64,000 nt of DNA from an uncultured Chloroflexaceae bacterium (GTDB lineage Bacteria > Chloroflexota > Chloroflexia > Chloroflexales > Chloroflexaceae), in contig CAZGLO010000001.1 in assembly GCA_964526735.1 (NCBI GenBank), positions 6,214 to 70,213 of the forward strand, given 5' to 3'. The position numbers and the translations under genes are program-made. The stretch's first letter is position 1; each line of letters opens with the position of its first letter. The notes below the pieces were generated by a model that worked only from the letters and a program-made list of their open reading frames with translations, was not told where the DNA came from and did not search any database. Shown piece by piece: positions 54,262-61,844 of the stretch.

Positions 54262-54285
54262 GATATCTCCACAAATATAGGTTGC

Positions 54286-54320
54286 AAAGGGTCTTGCACA
54301 TTGGATGCGGGGCCTTTTGT
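54286..54320 (+). terminator. Intrinsic terminator after flp copy 2
   Basis: AAAGGGTCTTGCA / TGCGGGGCCTTT stem (one bulge, G-U pairs) plus TTTT. Confidence 0.6.
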
Positions 54321-54406
54321 ACGTCTTCAGAGTGGTGAAGGAGTGCCGAGAAGATGAGCCAACCCTCCTCCCTACTGGAGTAAGTACGACTAGGACTATC
54401 AGCCTA

Positions 54407-54435
54407 TTGCAAACGAGCGACATATCGTGTATACT
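54407..54435 (+). promoter_or_regulatory. Sigma-70-type promoter of flp copy 3 (TTGCAA-17 nt-TATACT)
   Basis: -35 at 54407-54412 and -10 at 54430-54435. Confidence 0.6.
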
Positions 54436-54487
54436 AGCATCATAGTTATATACGCACTATTAAATCCTTTTAAGAAAGGTGACGGAC

Positions 54488-54646
54488 ATGCTACAGAGTT
54501 TCTTTGCGAAGGAAGAAGGCCAAGGCCTCGTTGAGTACGCGCTCATTCTCGTTCTTATCGCTATTGTTGTTATTGGTATCTTGACGCTACTCGGTGGGAA
54601 AGTAAGCCAAGTCTTCGGCAACATCAACGAAGGATTGGGTACGTAA
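54488..54646 (+). CDS. flp: Flp/Fap-family pilin, copy 3 (52 aa, protein identical to copy 1)
   Basis: The CDS differs from copy 1 only by CTG to CTA in codon 2. The 3' flank is also near-identical through the terminator. Confidence 0.85.
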   Translation: MLQSFFAKEEGQGLVEYALILVLIAIVVIGILTLLGGKVSQVFGNINEGLGT

Positions 54647-54674
54647 AGATATCTTCTTATGTAGGTACAACCAC

Positions 54675-54712
54675 GAAGGGCCTCGCACATTGGGTGCGGG
54701 GCCTTTCGTGAT
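54675..54712 (+). terminator. Hairpin after flp copy 3 (weaker T-tract)
   Basis: GAAGGGCCTCGCAC / GTGCGGGGCCTTTC stem followed by GTGATTCTT. Confidence 0.5.
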
Positions 54713-54764
54713 TCTTCGGACAAGTTTGGACACTTTCAGGCAGGTTTGGACAAGCAACGTTACC

Positions 54765-55802
54765 CTACAAAAGCGAGTCATCCTCGCTGAAGAGCAACTC
54801 TTCCAATGCTTCCTCTGCACTCTGCGCGCGGATATCGTCTTGGCTTCGCACCACCCGCTCCAACACCCGCCGCGCTGACGCTCCACCGACTTGCCCCAAG
54901 GCCCAAATAGCGGCTTGTGCGACCTCATCATCTTCATCGTCTACCAACCCAACAAGCATCGACAACATTGGTCGTCCATCTTCGTTGTGCTCGCCCACAG
55001 CACGGGCTGCTTCGTAGCGCATCGCTGGAGAACTACTTTGCAGTTCCCGCTCAATGTAGGGGTGCCAGATGGGGTTCATAGAGCGTCCCATTGCAACAAG
55101 CGCGCTCTCCCGCATAAAGAGTTCGGGGTGCCCATAGGCATCGTCGATAATATCTTCTACCTCAAGCAGATCGCTGAAATAGCCAATACTCTCGACAGCA
55201 CGGCGACGCACCTCTATCTCCTGCTCATCGTCCTCAATCATCCGCAAGAGTGTGTCTTGTAAGATGGTGGTCTCTTGCTCAGACAACTCCCCCAACTCCG
55301 AACGGTAGCTGAAACGACTGAGGCCCATTATCGCCACCGCACGCACGCGGGGCGAGGGGTCGTCTACAAGTTGTATCAGCCGCCGCAAGATCATTGGGCG
55401 TTCATCTTCCCACAGCCCATCAATCGCGACACTGCGCACTTCTGAATCGGGATCGTCAAGGCACAGCACAAAGATATCGCGAAAGTCAAGCGTAATGTTG
55501 TCTTCCGCCATTGACCGCAACGCCTTGACAATCTCAAGACGCTGCGGCTGACGTATCTGCTGCCATATCTCCCAAAAGAGCACACTGCGAGCAGGGGCGA
55601 GGCTGGAAAGCAAGGCCAATTGGCTCATTGAGAGGGAAAAGGGTTCTATTCCCTCATTCGCCGCCTCTTGAGTGATGAGCGAGCGAAGGTAGGCCAAGCC
55701 ATCTATCGGCTGCTGCTCCTGCTGCTTGTGCTGAAGAGCAGGCTGTTGCGGCTGCAATGCATATGTTCGTTCCTGTGGCGGCATACCGCCATTATTCTTC
55801 AT
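54765..55802 (-). CDS. HEAT-repeat (PBS-lyase HEAT-like) protein
   Basis: Recurrent D(P/E)..VR..A...LG units: DPDSEVRSVAIDGL, DPSPRVRAVAIMGL, SSSPAMRYEAARAVG, DEDDEVAQAAIWALG. ATG 55802 (GGAG 7 nt upstream) overlaps the upstream gene end by 11 nt. Confidence 0.8.
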   Translation of the reverse strand: MKNNGGMPPQERTYALQPQQPALQHKQQEQQPIDGLAYLRSLITQEAANEGIEPFSLSMSQLALLSSLAPARSVLFWEIWQQIRQPQRLEIVKALRSMAEDNITLDFRDIFVLCLDDPDSEVRSVAIDGLWEDERPMILRRLIQLVDDPSPRVRAVAIMGLSRFSYRSELGELSEQETTILQDTLLRMIEDDEQEIEVRRRAVESIGYFSDLLEVEDIIDDAYGHPELFMRESALVAMGRSMNPIWHPYIERELQSSSPAMRYEAARAVGEHNEDGRPMLSMLVGLVDDEDDEVAQAAIWALGQVGGASARRVLERVVRSQDDIRAQSAEEALEELLFSEDDSLL

Positions 55803-58215
55803 CGTCGTCTCCAAAGCTCCACCGTCTATTACCGACTGTTGTGACCTCTCCTTCTTCCTCTAGCTCTTCCTCTTCGTCCTCCACTTGCACAGGTTTAGGC
55901 TCATAGAGGTAGATTGGCGTGCTATCTGCGCTACCCGCACCATCCACAACCGTCATCTCATCATCGCTCTCGATTAGCGACATCAGATATGGCTTCGATG
56001 CGGGGCGGAGAATGTTGTATGCCAAGTAGAGCGTTTGCAGATCGAGGCGGTAGGCAGGTTCGTTTGCCGTGCCTTCGCGCTCCCCGATGACCTCAAATAC
56101 GTGGTGCAAGACGACTTCCCCCTTGCGCCGCTCACTCATAGGCAATGCTTTGAGATTTTTGGCCTTGCTAAGGCGTTTTTGTGAGATAAGCCACTCTTCA
56201 TCCACTACACACTCATAGGTGACATTGGTGAAGGCAAACTTCTTTTTCTTCTCGTCGAATGTTAGCAACCGGCCCGACTCTTGCGGCATCTCTTCGTAGA
56301 CAATCGTAAATGTGTTGGGATCGTCGGTGCGAGAAAGAGTGATCAGTGTACCTGCAACCACATGCTCGTGGAAAAACTCGCTGAAGCCTTGCACCCATCC
56401 GCCCCGATTGCCGGTTGGGTAGCGCAGCTCGACGAGGAAATTGGTGTAGCGTTGGGGCGAATCCATACGCAAGACGACCGTACGTTGATCCGGGAGCATG
56501 GGGCTGGGGAAGAGTGTGGAGAGAGCATCATCAAGCGGGAGAATGCCATATTCCCACTCAAAAAACGTCAACAGGCGGTTTGTGGTTCCTTTTTCTCCTA
56601 TTGTCTGGAGATCTTCCTCGCGTGTGCTCTCATCACAACCCTCAGTAAGGTATGATGTCAATTGCCCCATTTCACTGATCTTCACGCGCCGGTTCTCAAT
56701 GATGCTTAATCCCTTTGTTGACCATAGATTGGCCCCTTCTACTCCCACAAACTCAAAATCTTTCTTTTCCCGGCTCAGTCGATAGTTGAGCGAGAACCGA
56801 AATCCTTCAGGATCAGAATTGCGAGGGTCGTGGTAATACAAATCCTCAATGATTTTATTGTCGGAGAGTGGCTCACCCACTTCTACAATGTAGTTGCGGA
56901 TACGCCGGATATCATTTTTGCTCAGGGTGACAAGGCTGCTATGTGGGTAGCAGTTGCGCCCAAAGAGACAAATACGCTCCAGCGGATCTTTTTCCAGCCG
57001 CTCAATCAGTTCAGCTTCAAGCATATCGCCATGGGTTGCCAATATATCGCTGGCAGATTGCTCAAACTCAATGTTGCTGCCATCCAAAAGCTGAATAACA
57101 AAGGGAGCCCGCTGTTTTTGTTTGTGGGCCGTCTCCTCTGGGGGTTCCGCAGTCTCTGGAGGGGCGGGCGGGGGTGTTTCTTGGAGGGTGTCCGTGCCAC
57201 TCTCCGCCACTTCTGATATCGCCGCGGTTTCGGCTGCTTTTACTTCTTCTGTGTCTGCCGCGACGATGAGTGAAGCTTCAACTTCAGCTTCGGCTTCTTC
57301 TGGCGCATTGGTAGTTTGTCCACCACCTATTGCTTCGGCATCCTCAGTCACTTCCCCAGTGTTGGCGGTCACGTCATAGGGTTGTTCATGGTCAAGCGAC
57401 GTGGTCGGCTCTGCCAAGGCTGAAGGTTCTTCAGTATCCACCGGCTGCGTTACTGGCATCGGTTCCTCTTTTGTTGTGGGAGCTGTTGATAGTGTCGACT
57501 CAGGTGGTTCTTCAGCAGACGATGGGATGATCGTGTCGGGCGATGTTGCTTCTGCCTGTTCGGAACCAGAGACTGTCATAGATGGATCAGCTATGGCGGG
57601 CTGGTCATGCTGATCATGCTGGTCTTGTTGTTCAAGTTGGTCTTGTTGGCCAAGTTGGTCGCCCTTATCGGGCTGTCTCTTATGCTGACGTGATCGCTTG
57701 CCCTCATACTGATCTGGTTGATCATCTAACTGTTTTTGGCTACTTTCCTCGGTTGATAACGGCGCAGGTTCTTTCTCAGCCCGCTCTTGCCAATAGTCGG
57801 AGACAAAGGCAGGCTCGACTGAGGTGAGCGCCGGTCGCGAGGTTGATATCACCACGCTCAAATCATCGATAGGGAGAGGCTTTTCTGGCTCATAAAAGCG
57901 ACTCCTGAAAGAATGGCGAGTATCCTCTGCGGGAGTGTGGAATGTTCCCGAACGAGAGGTGCTGTAGATGACCTCTTCATCAGCTTCCTGGCGCAGGAAG
58001 ATATGATCGTTTTGTTGGATAGCCGCATCTATCTCCTGCGCAACTTCATCCCGATCCCGCTGATATTTGTTCGATAGAAAATCAGCGAGATTGGTAAGGG
58101 TCTGTCTGACAGCCGAGTGCGCGGCAAAGCAGTTGCCCTGCAAGCGCATCAGCTGAAAGACTTCACTCACCAATACTTGTTGCTCAGGAGTCCCACGAAA
58201 AACGGGTGCACTCAT
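55792..58215 (-). CDS. Large hypothetical protein: ~130-aa N-domain, ~250-aa acidic disordered region, ~420-aa C-terminal domain with acidic tail
   Basis: 807-aa uninterrupted ORF. Protein-like composition outside the low-complexity DQLGQQDQLEQQDQHDQHDQ / EEAEAEVEA regions. No family recognised. Confidence 0.7.
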   Translation of the reverse strand: MSAPVFRGTPEQQVLVSEVFQLMRLQGNCFAAHSAVRQTLTNLADFLSNKYQRDRDEVAQEIDAAIQQNDHIFLRQEADEEVIYSTSRSGTFHTPAEDTRHSFRSRFYEPEKPLPIDDLSVVISTSRPALTSVEPAFVSDYWQERAEKEPAPLSTEESSQKQLDDQPDQYEGKRSRQHKRQPDKGDQLGQQDQLEQQDQHDQHDQPAIADPSMTVSGSEQAEATSPDTIIPSSAEEPPESTLSTAPTTKEEPMPVTQPVDTEEPSALAEPTTSLDHEQPYDVTANTGEVTEDAEAIGGGQTTNAPEEAEAEVEASLIVAADTEEVKAAETAAISEVAESGTDTLQETPPPAPPETAEPPEETAHKQKQRAPFVIQLLDGSNIEFEQSASDILATHGDMLEAELIERLEKDPLERICLFGRNCYPHSSLVTLSKNDIRRIRNYIVEVGEPLSDNKIIEDLYYHDPRNSDPEGFRFSLNYRLSREKKDFEFVGVEGANLWSTKGLSIIENRRVKISEMGQLTSYLTEGCDESTREEDLQTIGEKGTTNRLLTFFEWEYGILPLDDALSTLFPSPMLPDQRTVVLRMDSPQRYTNFLVELRYPTGNRGGWVQGFSEFFHEHVVAGTLITLSRTDDPNTFTIVYEEMPQESGRLLTFDEKKKKFAFTNVTYECVVDEEWLISQKRLSKAKNLKALPMSERRKGEVVLHHVFEVIGEREGTANEPAYRLDLQTLYLAYNILRPASKPYLMSLIESDDEMTVVDGAGSADSTPIYLYEPKPVQVEDEEEELEEEGEVTTVGNRRWSFGDDDEE

Positions 58216-58539
58216 AGGATATTGGCGCGGGAGCCCACACCCGCCTTCATGCGGATGGAGCGTGCGCTCCTCCTTTCGTCCGTCTAGAGCAGTCTATTCG
58301 AATCCTCAAAAGATTGGATGGCAATCGCCAGTACCATTCCTTTGAACATATATGCGTTTGTCCTCACGCGGTTAAGGGTATTGTCCCCTGCACGATAGCG
58401 CCCTATCTCCAAGGAGAGACGTTCGGCAGCCGCCATATCCGTTTAGCTGGGGAGAGGACACGCAGGCATGGTAGCACGAGCAGGTAGTGTTGGCAAGAAT
58501 GCTCTGGGGCGGGCGAGAGTGGAGAGGGGTGAGGGGAGC

Positions 58540-59399
58540 ATGGCCGCCGCACCCTGCCCCTTGAGACAGGCGGGCGGCCAATCGTTTAATTGGTGTTGGA
58601 CGGGTCGGAAGGCAGGTCGGGCGGGTGGGCGTCGAGCCATACTTGGAGATCGGCCAGCTCGATGAAGTCCAGGAGGTCTCCGGCAAGGGTTTCCTGCTGA
58701 GCAAGCGAGAGCTGTTTGATGTGCTCCTCTGCCTCCGCAGGGAGTTCTCCAATCCGCCGTCTCAGCTGATGTTGGATCAGGATGAGAAAACCCTCTTGCC
58801 TACCCTCTTGTCTACCCTCTTGCCTACCCTCTTGCCTACCCTCTTGCCTACCCTCTTGTCTGCCTTGCTGCAGACCTTGTTGTAGACCTTGTTGCAGACC
58901 TTGTTGTAGACCTTGTTGCAACCCCTGCTTCAAGCCCTCTTCCTTCCAACTGGTTGTGAGTTCCATTGCGGCCTCCTGTTCCGTTGGGGTGAGGTACCAA
59001 TGATGGCCGCCACACCCTGCCCCTTGAGACAGGCGGGCGGCCAATCGTTTAATTGGTGTTGGACGGGTCGGAAGGCAGGTCGGGCGGGTGGGCGTCGAGC
59101 CATACTTGGAGATCGGCCAGCTCGATGAAGTCCAGGAGGTCTCCGGCAAGGGTTTCCTGCTGAGCAAGCGAGAGCTGTTTGATGTGCTCCTCTGCCTCCG
59201 CAGGGAGTTCTCCAATCCGCCGTCTCAGCTGATGTTGGATCAGGATGAGAAAACCCTCTTGCCTACCCTCTTGCCTACCTTGCTGCAGACCTTGTTGTAG
59301 ACCTTGTTGCAGACCTTGTTGCAACCCCTGCTTCAAGCCCTCTTCCTTCCAACTGGTTGTGAGTTCCATTGCGGCCTCCTGTTCCGTTGGGGTGAGGTA
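58540..59399. repeat. Tandem duplication (period 463 bp at the stop codons) of the 3' end plus 3' flank of the Rpn-like gene
   Basis: ATGGCCGCC(G/A)CACCCTGCCCCTTGAGACAGGCGGGCGGCCAATCGTTTAATTGG... starts at both 58540 and 59003. The copies differ mainly in the number of internal 12-nt units. Confidence 0.95.
58586..58966 (-). pseudogene. Duplicated 3' fragment of the Rpn-like gene: stand-alone DUF4351-like C-terminal domain, possibly expressed from Met 58966
   Basis: MELTTSWKEEGLKQ(GLQQ)5(GRQE)6GFLILIQHQLRRRIGELPAEAEEHIKQLS... is identical to the C-terminus of 59049..60125 apart from repeat number. AGGAGG lies 5 nt upstream of the ATG. Confidence 0.5.
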
Positions 59400-60125
59400 T
59401 GCCAATTCCTCCTCAAACTGTGCCTGCTCTTCTTCCGACAAACGCAGATAGGTATCGACGAAGCCGGAAATGAGGCGTTGTCGTGCCTTGTCCAGCCCTA
59501 AGTGGGTCAAGAGCCGCAAGCTTGTCACCAACACCTTCGGTCGTTCGCTGCGCTCCATTCCCATCTTCGGTAGCAACGCACTCGCAATCGGGTTCTCCTG
59601 TGTTGCGAAGTCGTGCCAGTTCAGTCGGCGGAGTTGTATCACCCGATAGTGGAAATGGAGCACGTCCAGATCTGGGAAAGAGACCTGATATGTGTTTGGC
59701 TCGTCGCGGCGAGTTGATTTGTCGGAAAAGAGTGCAATCGGATAGATTGGCAGCCCGTGTTTGAAGTGTAACAATGCGAAATAGCGGAACATCCGCAGGT
59801 TAAACCCCTCACAGGGCTGCGCTTGATGTTCCACATGGACAAGAAAGAACGTTGGTTGGTCTCGAAACGGTGCCTTGACAATGATATCAGCTTCATAGGT
59901 ATCACCGCTCGTCACGTCGGTGAACAATTCTTTGTCGAGAAACTCCAGCTGCTCCGTATCAAGATACGTCAGCACCTCTGGGAAGAAGAGTTCAAGAAAC
60001 TCGACAAAGAAGGTTGTCAAAAGTTCTTTAAATAGTCGGTCATGGTCAGTCACAGGACAATACTCCGTTGTCTTCCTTACTATTATATCACCAACTCCTT
60101 TGTCATGGTAGAACCTGTGACCCAC
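59049..60125 (-). CDS. Rpn/YhgA-like PD-(D/E)xK recombination-promoting nuclease / putative transposase with DUF4351-like C-terminus
   Basis: DHDRLFKELLTTFFVEFLELFFPE..., EADIIVKAP....FFLVHVEHQ core, and YRVIQLRRL. Then a GLQQ/GRQE repeat linker and a C-terminal helical domain. GTG start (uncertain). Confidence 0.8.
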   Translation of the reverse strand: MGHRFYHDKGVGDIIVRKTTEYCPVTDHDRLFKELLTTFFVEFLELFFPEVLTYLDTEQLEFLDKELFTDVTSGDTYEADIIVKAPFRDQPTFFLVHVEHQAQPCEGFNLRMFRYFALLHFKHGLPIYPIALFSDKSTRRDEPNTYQVSFPDLDVLHFHYRVIQLRRLNWHDFATQENPIASALLPKMGMERSERPKVLVTSLRLLTHLGLDKARQRLISGFVDTYLRLSEEEQAQFEEELAYLTPTEQEAAMELTTSWKEEGLKQGLQQGLQQGLQQGLQQGRQEGRQEGFLILIQHQLRRRIGELPAEAEEHIKQLSLAQQETLAGDLLDFIELADLQVWLDAHPPDLPSDPSNTN

Positions 60126-60127
60126 GC

Positions 60128-60319
60128 TTACGTACGAGCTTCCTGCGAGCCTCCTTCTTGCTCCTCATCGGAGGAAGTAGTATCTGGTTGACAATCCTGT
60201 AAAATTTCCAGATAGTGGTGGAGGACGTTACGTATATCTTGGGGTTCCCCCGTCGACTTCAACCATTGAACCAATTCATCTAGGCCCGTTTCACCAAAGA
60301 GAATCGTTTTTGTCTCCAT
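60128..60319 (-). CDS. Small hypothetical acidic protein immediately upstream of the Rpn-like gene
   Basis: The ORF 60128..60388 ends 2 nt before the Rpn GTG. Plausible start at METKTILFGETGLDELVQW (60319). No family recognised. Confidence 0.3.
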   Translation of the reverse strand: METKTILFGETGLDELVQWLKSTGEPQDIRNVLHHYLEILQDCQPDTTSSDEEQEGGSQEART

Positions 60320-60508
60320 AAGAACTGTATTTGCTTCTCGCATGCAACAGAATGAGGATATATCGTAATCGAACATGAAAGAGAACATTGTAAGAGTTGG
60401 TGATAGGACATGTTCTGGATCATGTTCTAGCTCACGTTCTGGGTCATGTGCTTAAATTATGTAGCAAACATCAATAGACATCAACAAACATGTCTCATCG
60501 TGCTTGGG

Positions 60509-61549
60509 TTACTCCCCCAGGCTCTCAAGCGCCAGGGCCAACGCACCAATCGCAATACTATCGGCACCCAAGACCGAAGGCACGACTTCGATGGGCCGAA
60601 CCACCGTTGGGGAGAGGTACACGCCAATATGCTCTTGCACCTTGCTGACGAACCTTTCCCCGCCAATGCGCACAACCACGCCCCCAAGCACAATCTTATT
60701 GGGGTCGAGCAATGCAACGATGTGTGCCAACCGCCGGGCCAAGATATTGACACTATCATCCACCACCTGCCGTCCGACGGGATGATCATTAAAGATATCT
60801 TCTAGTTTTTCGGCAGCAAGACCACGATCCCGCGCCCGTTGCAGCATCCCGCCCACCGAGAGTACTGCCTCCAACGATGGCGGTTTGCCGTGGTGCGATG
60901 GTTCGTCGCAGATGAGGGTATGGCCAACTTCACCCGCCATCGCCGATGCACCGTGATAGAGCCGTCCCCCGAGCACAAGCCCGCCCCCAACCCCCGTACT
61001 GAGATGGAGGTAGAAGAGATTATGGCAGCCGTGGCCTATGCCAAACGTCGCTTCTCCCAGCGCAATCAGGTTGGCGTCGTTGTCTACCATCGTGACGGTA
61101 TCAAGTGATTCTTCAAAGAACTTCTTGATATCAACGTGTTCCCAGCCGGTGCGGCGGGTAGAGGGCAAGACTTTTCCCTGCGAAGGGGCGACTGGCCCAT
61201 TGAATCCCACCCCGATACGCAAGAGGCGGTTCGATGTTACCTTTGCTTCGTCAAGCAATGATTGTGCCATCGCGAGCGTCGTCTGCAAGATATGCTCGGG
61301 TGTGTCGTTTTCAATATCCTGATGGACACTGGTGTAGACGTGGGTGTGGAGATTGATGAGTGCCGCCCGTAGGCCATAGCCACCCAGGTCTATCCCCAAA
61401 ATGTAGCCCTGGTTTCCAAGCAGCCCCCACGTGTCGCGGGCGAGCTTTTCGTGCACGAGCTGATCGATTGCGATACTCCGCGCGCCTCTCTCAACAGACG
61501 CAGTGACAGACGCGGCGGTTTCTTGTGGGGTATCACTCACAAGGATCAT
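60509..61549 (-). CDS. ROK-family protein (sugar kinase-like)
   Basis: ILGIDLGGYGLRAAL, GVGFNGPV, the H/C-rich ROK region GHGCHNLFYLHLSTGVGGGLV..GR.Y.G and GEVGH. Start uncertain (ATGs at 61549, 61573 and 61663). No obvious N-terminal wHTH. Confidence 0.8.
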   Translation of the reverse strand: MILVSDTPQETAASVTASVERGARSIAIDQLVHEKLARDTWGLLGNQGYILGIDLGGYGLRAALINLHTHVYTSVHQDIENDTPEHILQTTLAMAQSLLDEAKVTSNRLLRIGVGFNGPVAPSQGKVLPSTRRTGWEHVDIKKFFEESLDTVTMVDNDANLIALGEATFGIGHGCHNLFYLHLSTGVGGGLVLGGRLYHGASAMAGEVGHTLICDEPSHHGKPPSLEAVLSVGGMLQRARDRGLAAEKLEDIFNDHPVGRQVVDDSVNILARRLAHIVALLDPNKIVLGGVVVRIGGERFVSKVQEHIGVYLSPTVVRPIEVVPSVLGADSIAIGALALALESLGE

Positions 61550-61776
61550 CCTTTCCGGTAGCCGATATACCATACCGGCATCTATGCAAAGCCCGCAAGA
61601 CGACGCGGGGTTACGATGCGTGAGCTTGCTTCTCCAAAAAAAGCGAGGGCAGCCTGTGTACATTCACGTTTGGTGGTTATAGAAAAGGGAAAAGCCATAA
61701 ATATTGTAGCAGTACCCTGCCCCACCGTCAACGCCCAAAGAGGGCATTGACAGGACACCAATAGCAGGCCTCTCTC

Positions 61777-61814
61777 GATATCATGTAGATATCATGTAGA
61801 TATCATGTAGATAT
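61777..61814. repeat. 11-bp tandem repeat GATATCATGTA x3 plus a partial fourth
   Basis: Read directly. Each unit contains the GATATC palindrome. Confidence 0.95.
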
Positions 61815-61819
61815 TTGTG

Positions 61820-61841
61820 GGTATGATACAAATATCATACC
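61820..61841. repeat. Perfect 9-bp inverted repeat GGTATGATA-CAAA-TATCATACC
   Basis: Read directly. Begins 4 nt after the WD40 gene stop (minus strand). No T-tract follows, so I did not call it an intrinsic terminator. Confidence 0.9.
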
Positions 61842-61844
61842 GTG

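Noticed and set aside
53596-54937. Minus-strand ORFs (53596..53949, 53768..54013, 53838..54173, 54100..54423, 54460..54723, 54587..54937)
   Set aside because: They run antisense across the three flp genes and their terminators. Their similarity to each other only mirrors the flp duplication. The plus-strand small genes have an RBS, a promoter, a terminator and a family motif.
58297-58305. TTCGAATCC, resembling a tRNA T-loop
   Set aside because: The flanking bases cannot form a T-stem, an acceptor stem or an anticodon arm on either strand. I found no tRNA in the window.
58372-59215. ORF 58372..58752 and the first 83 codons of ORF 58586..59215, both beginning MENSLRRQRSTSNSS...
   Set aside because: These are out-of-frame readings of the duplicated 3' end of the Rpn-like gene. 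The identical peptides arise from the DNA duplication. Only the in-frame C-terminal domain portion (from Met 58966) is plausible.
59049-60125. Calling the Rpn/putative transposase gene a mobile element or IS
   Set aside because: I could not find terminal inverted repeats or target-site duplications around it. The only repeat is the internal tandem duplication. Rpn-family genes are usually not autonomous IS elements.
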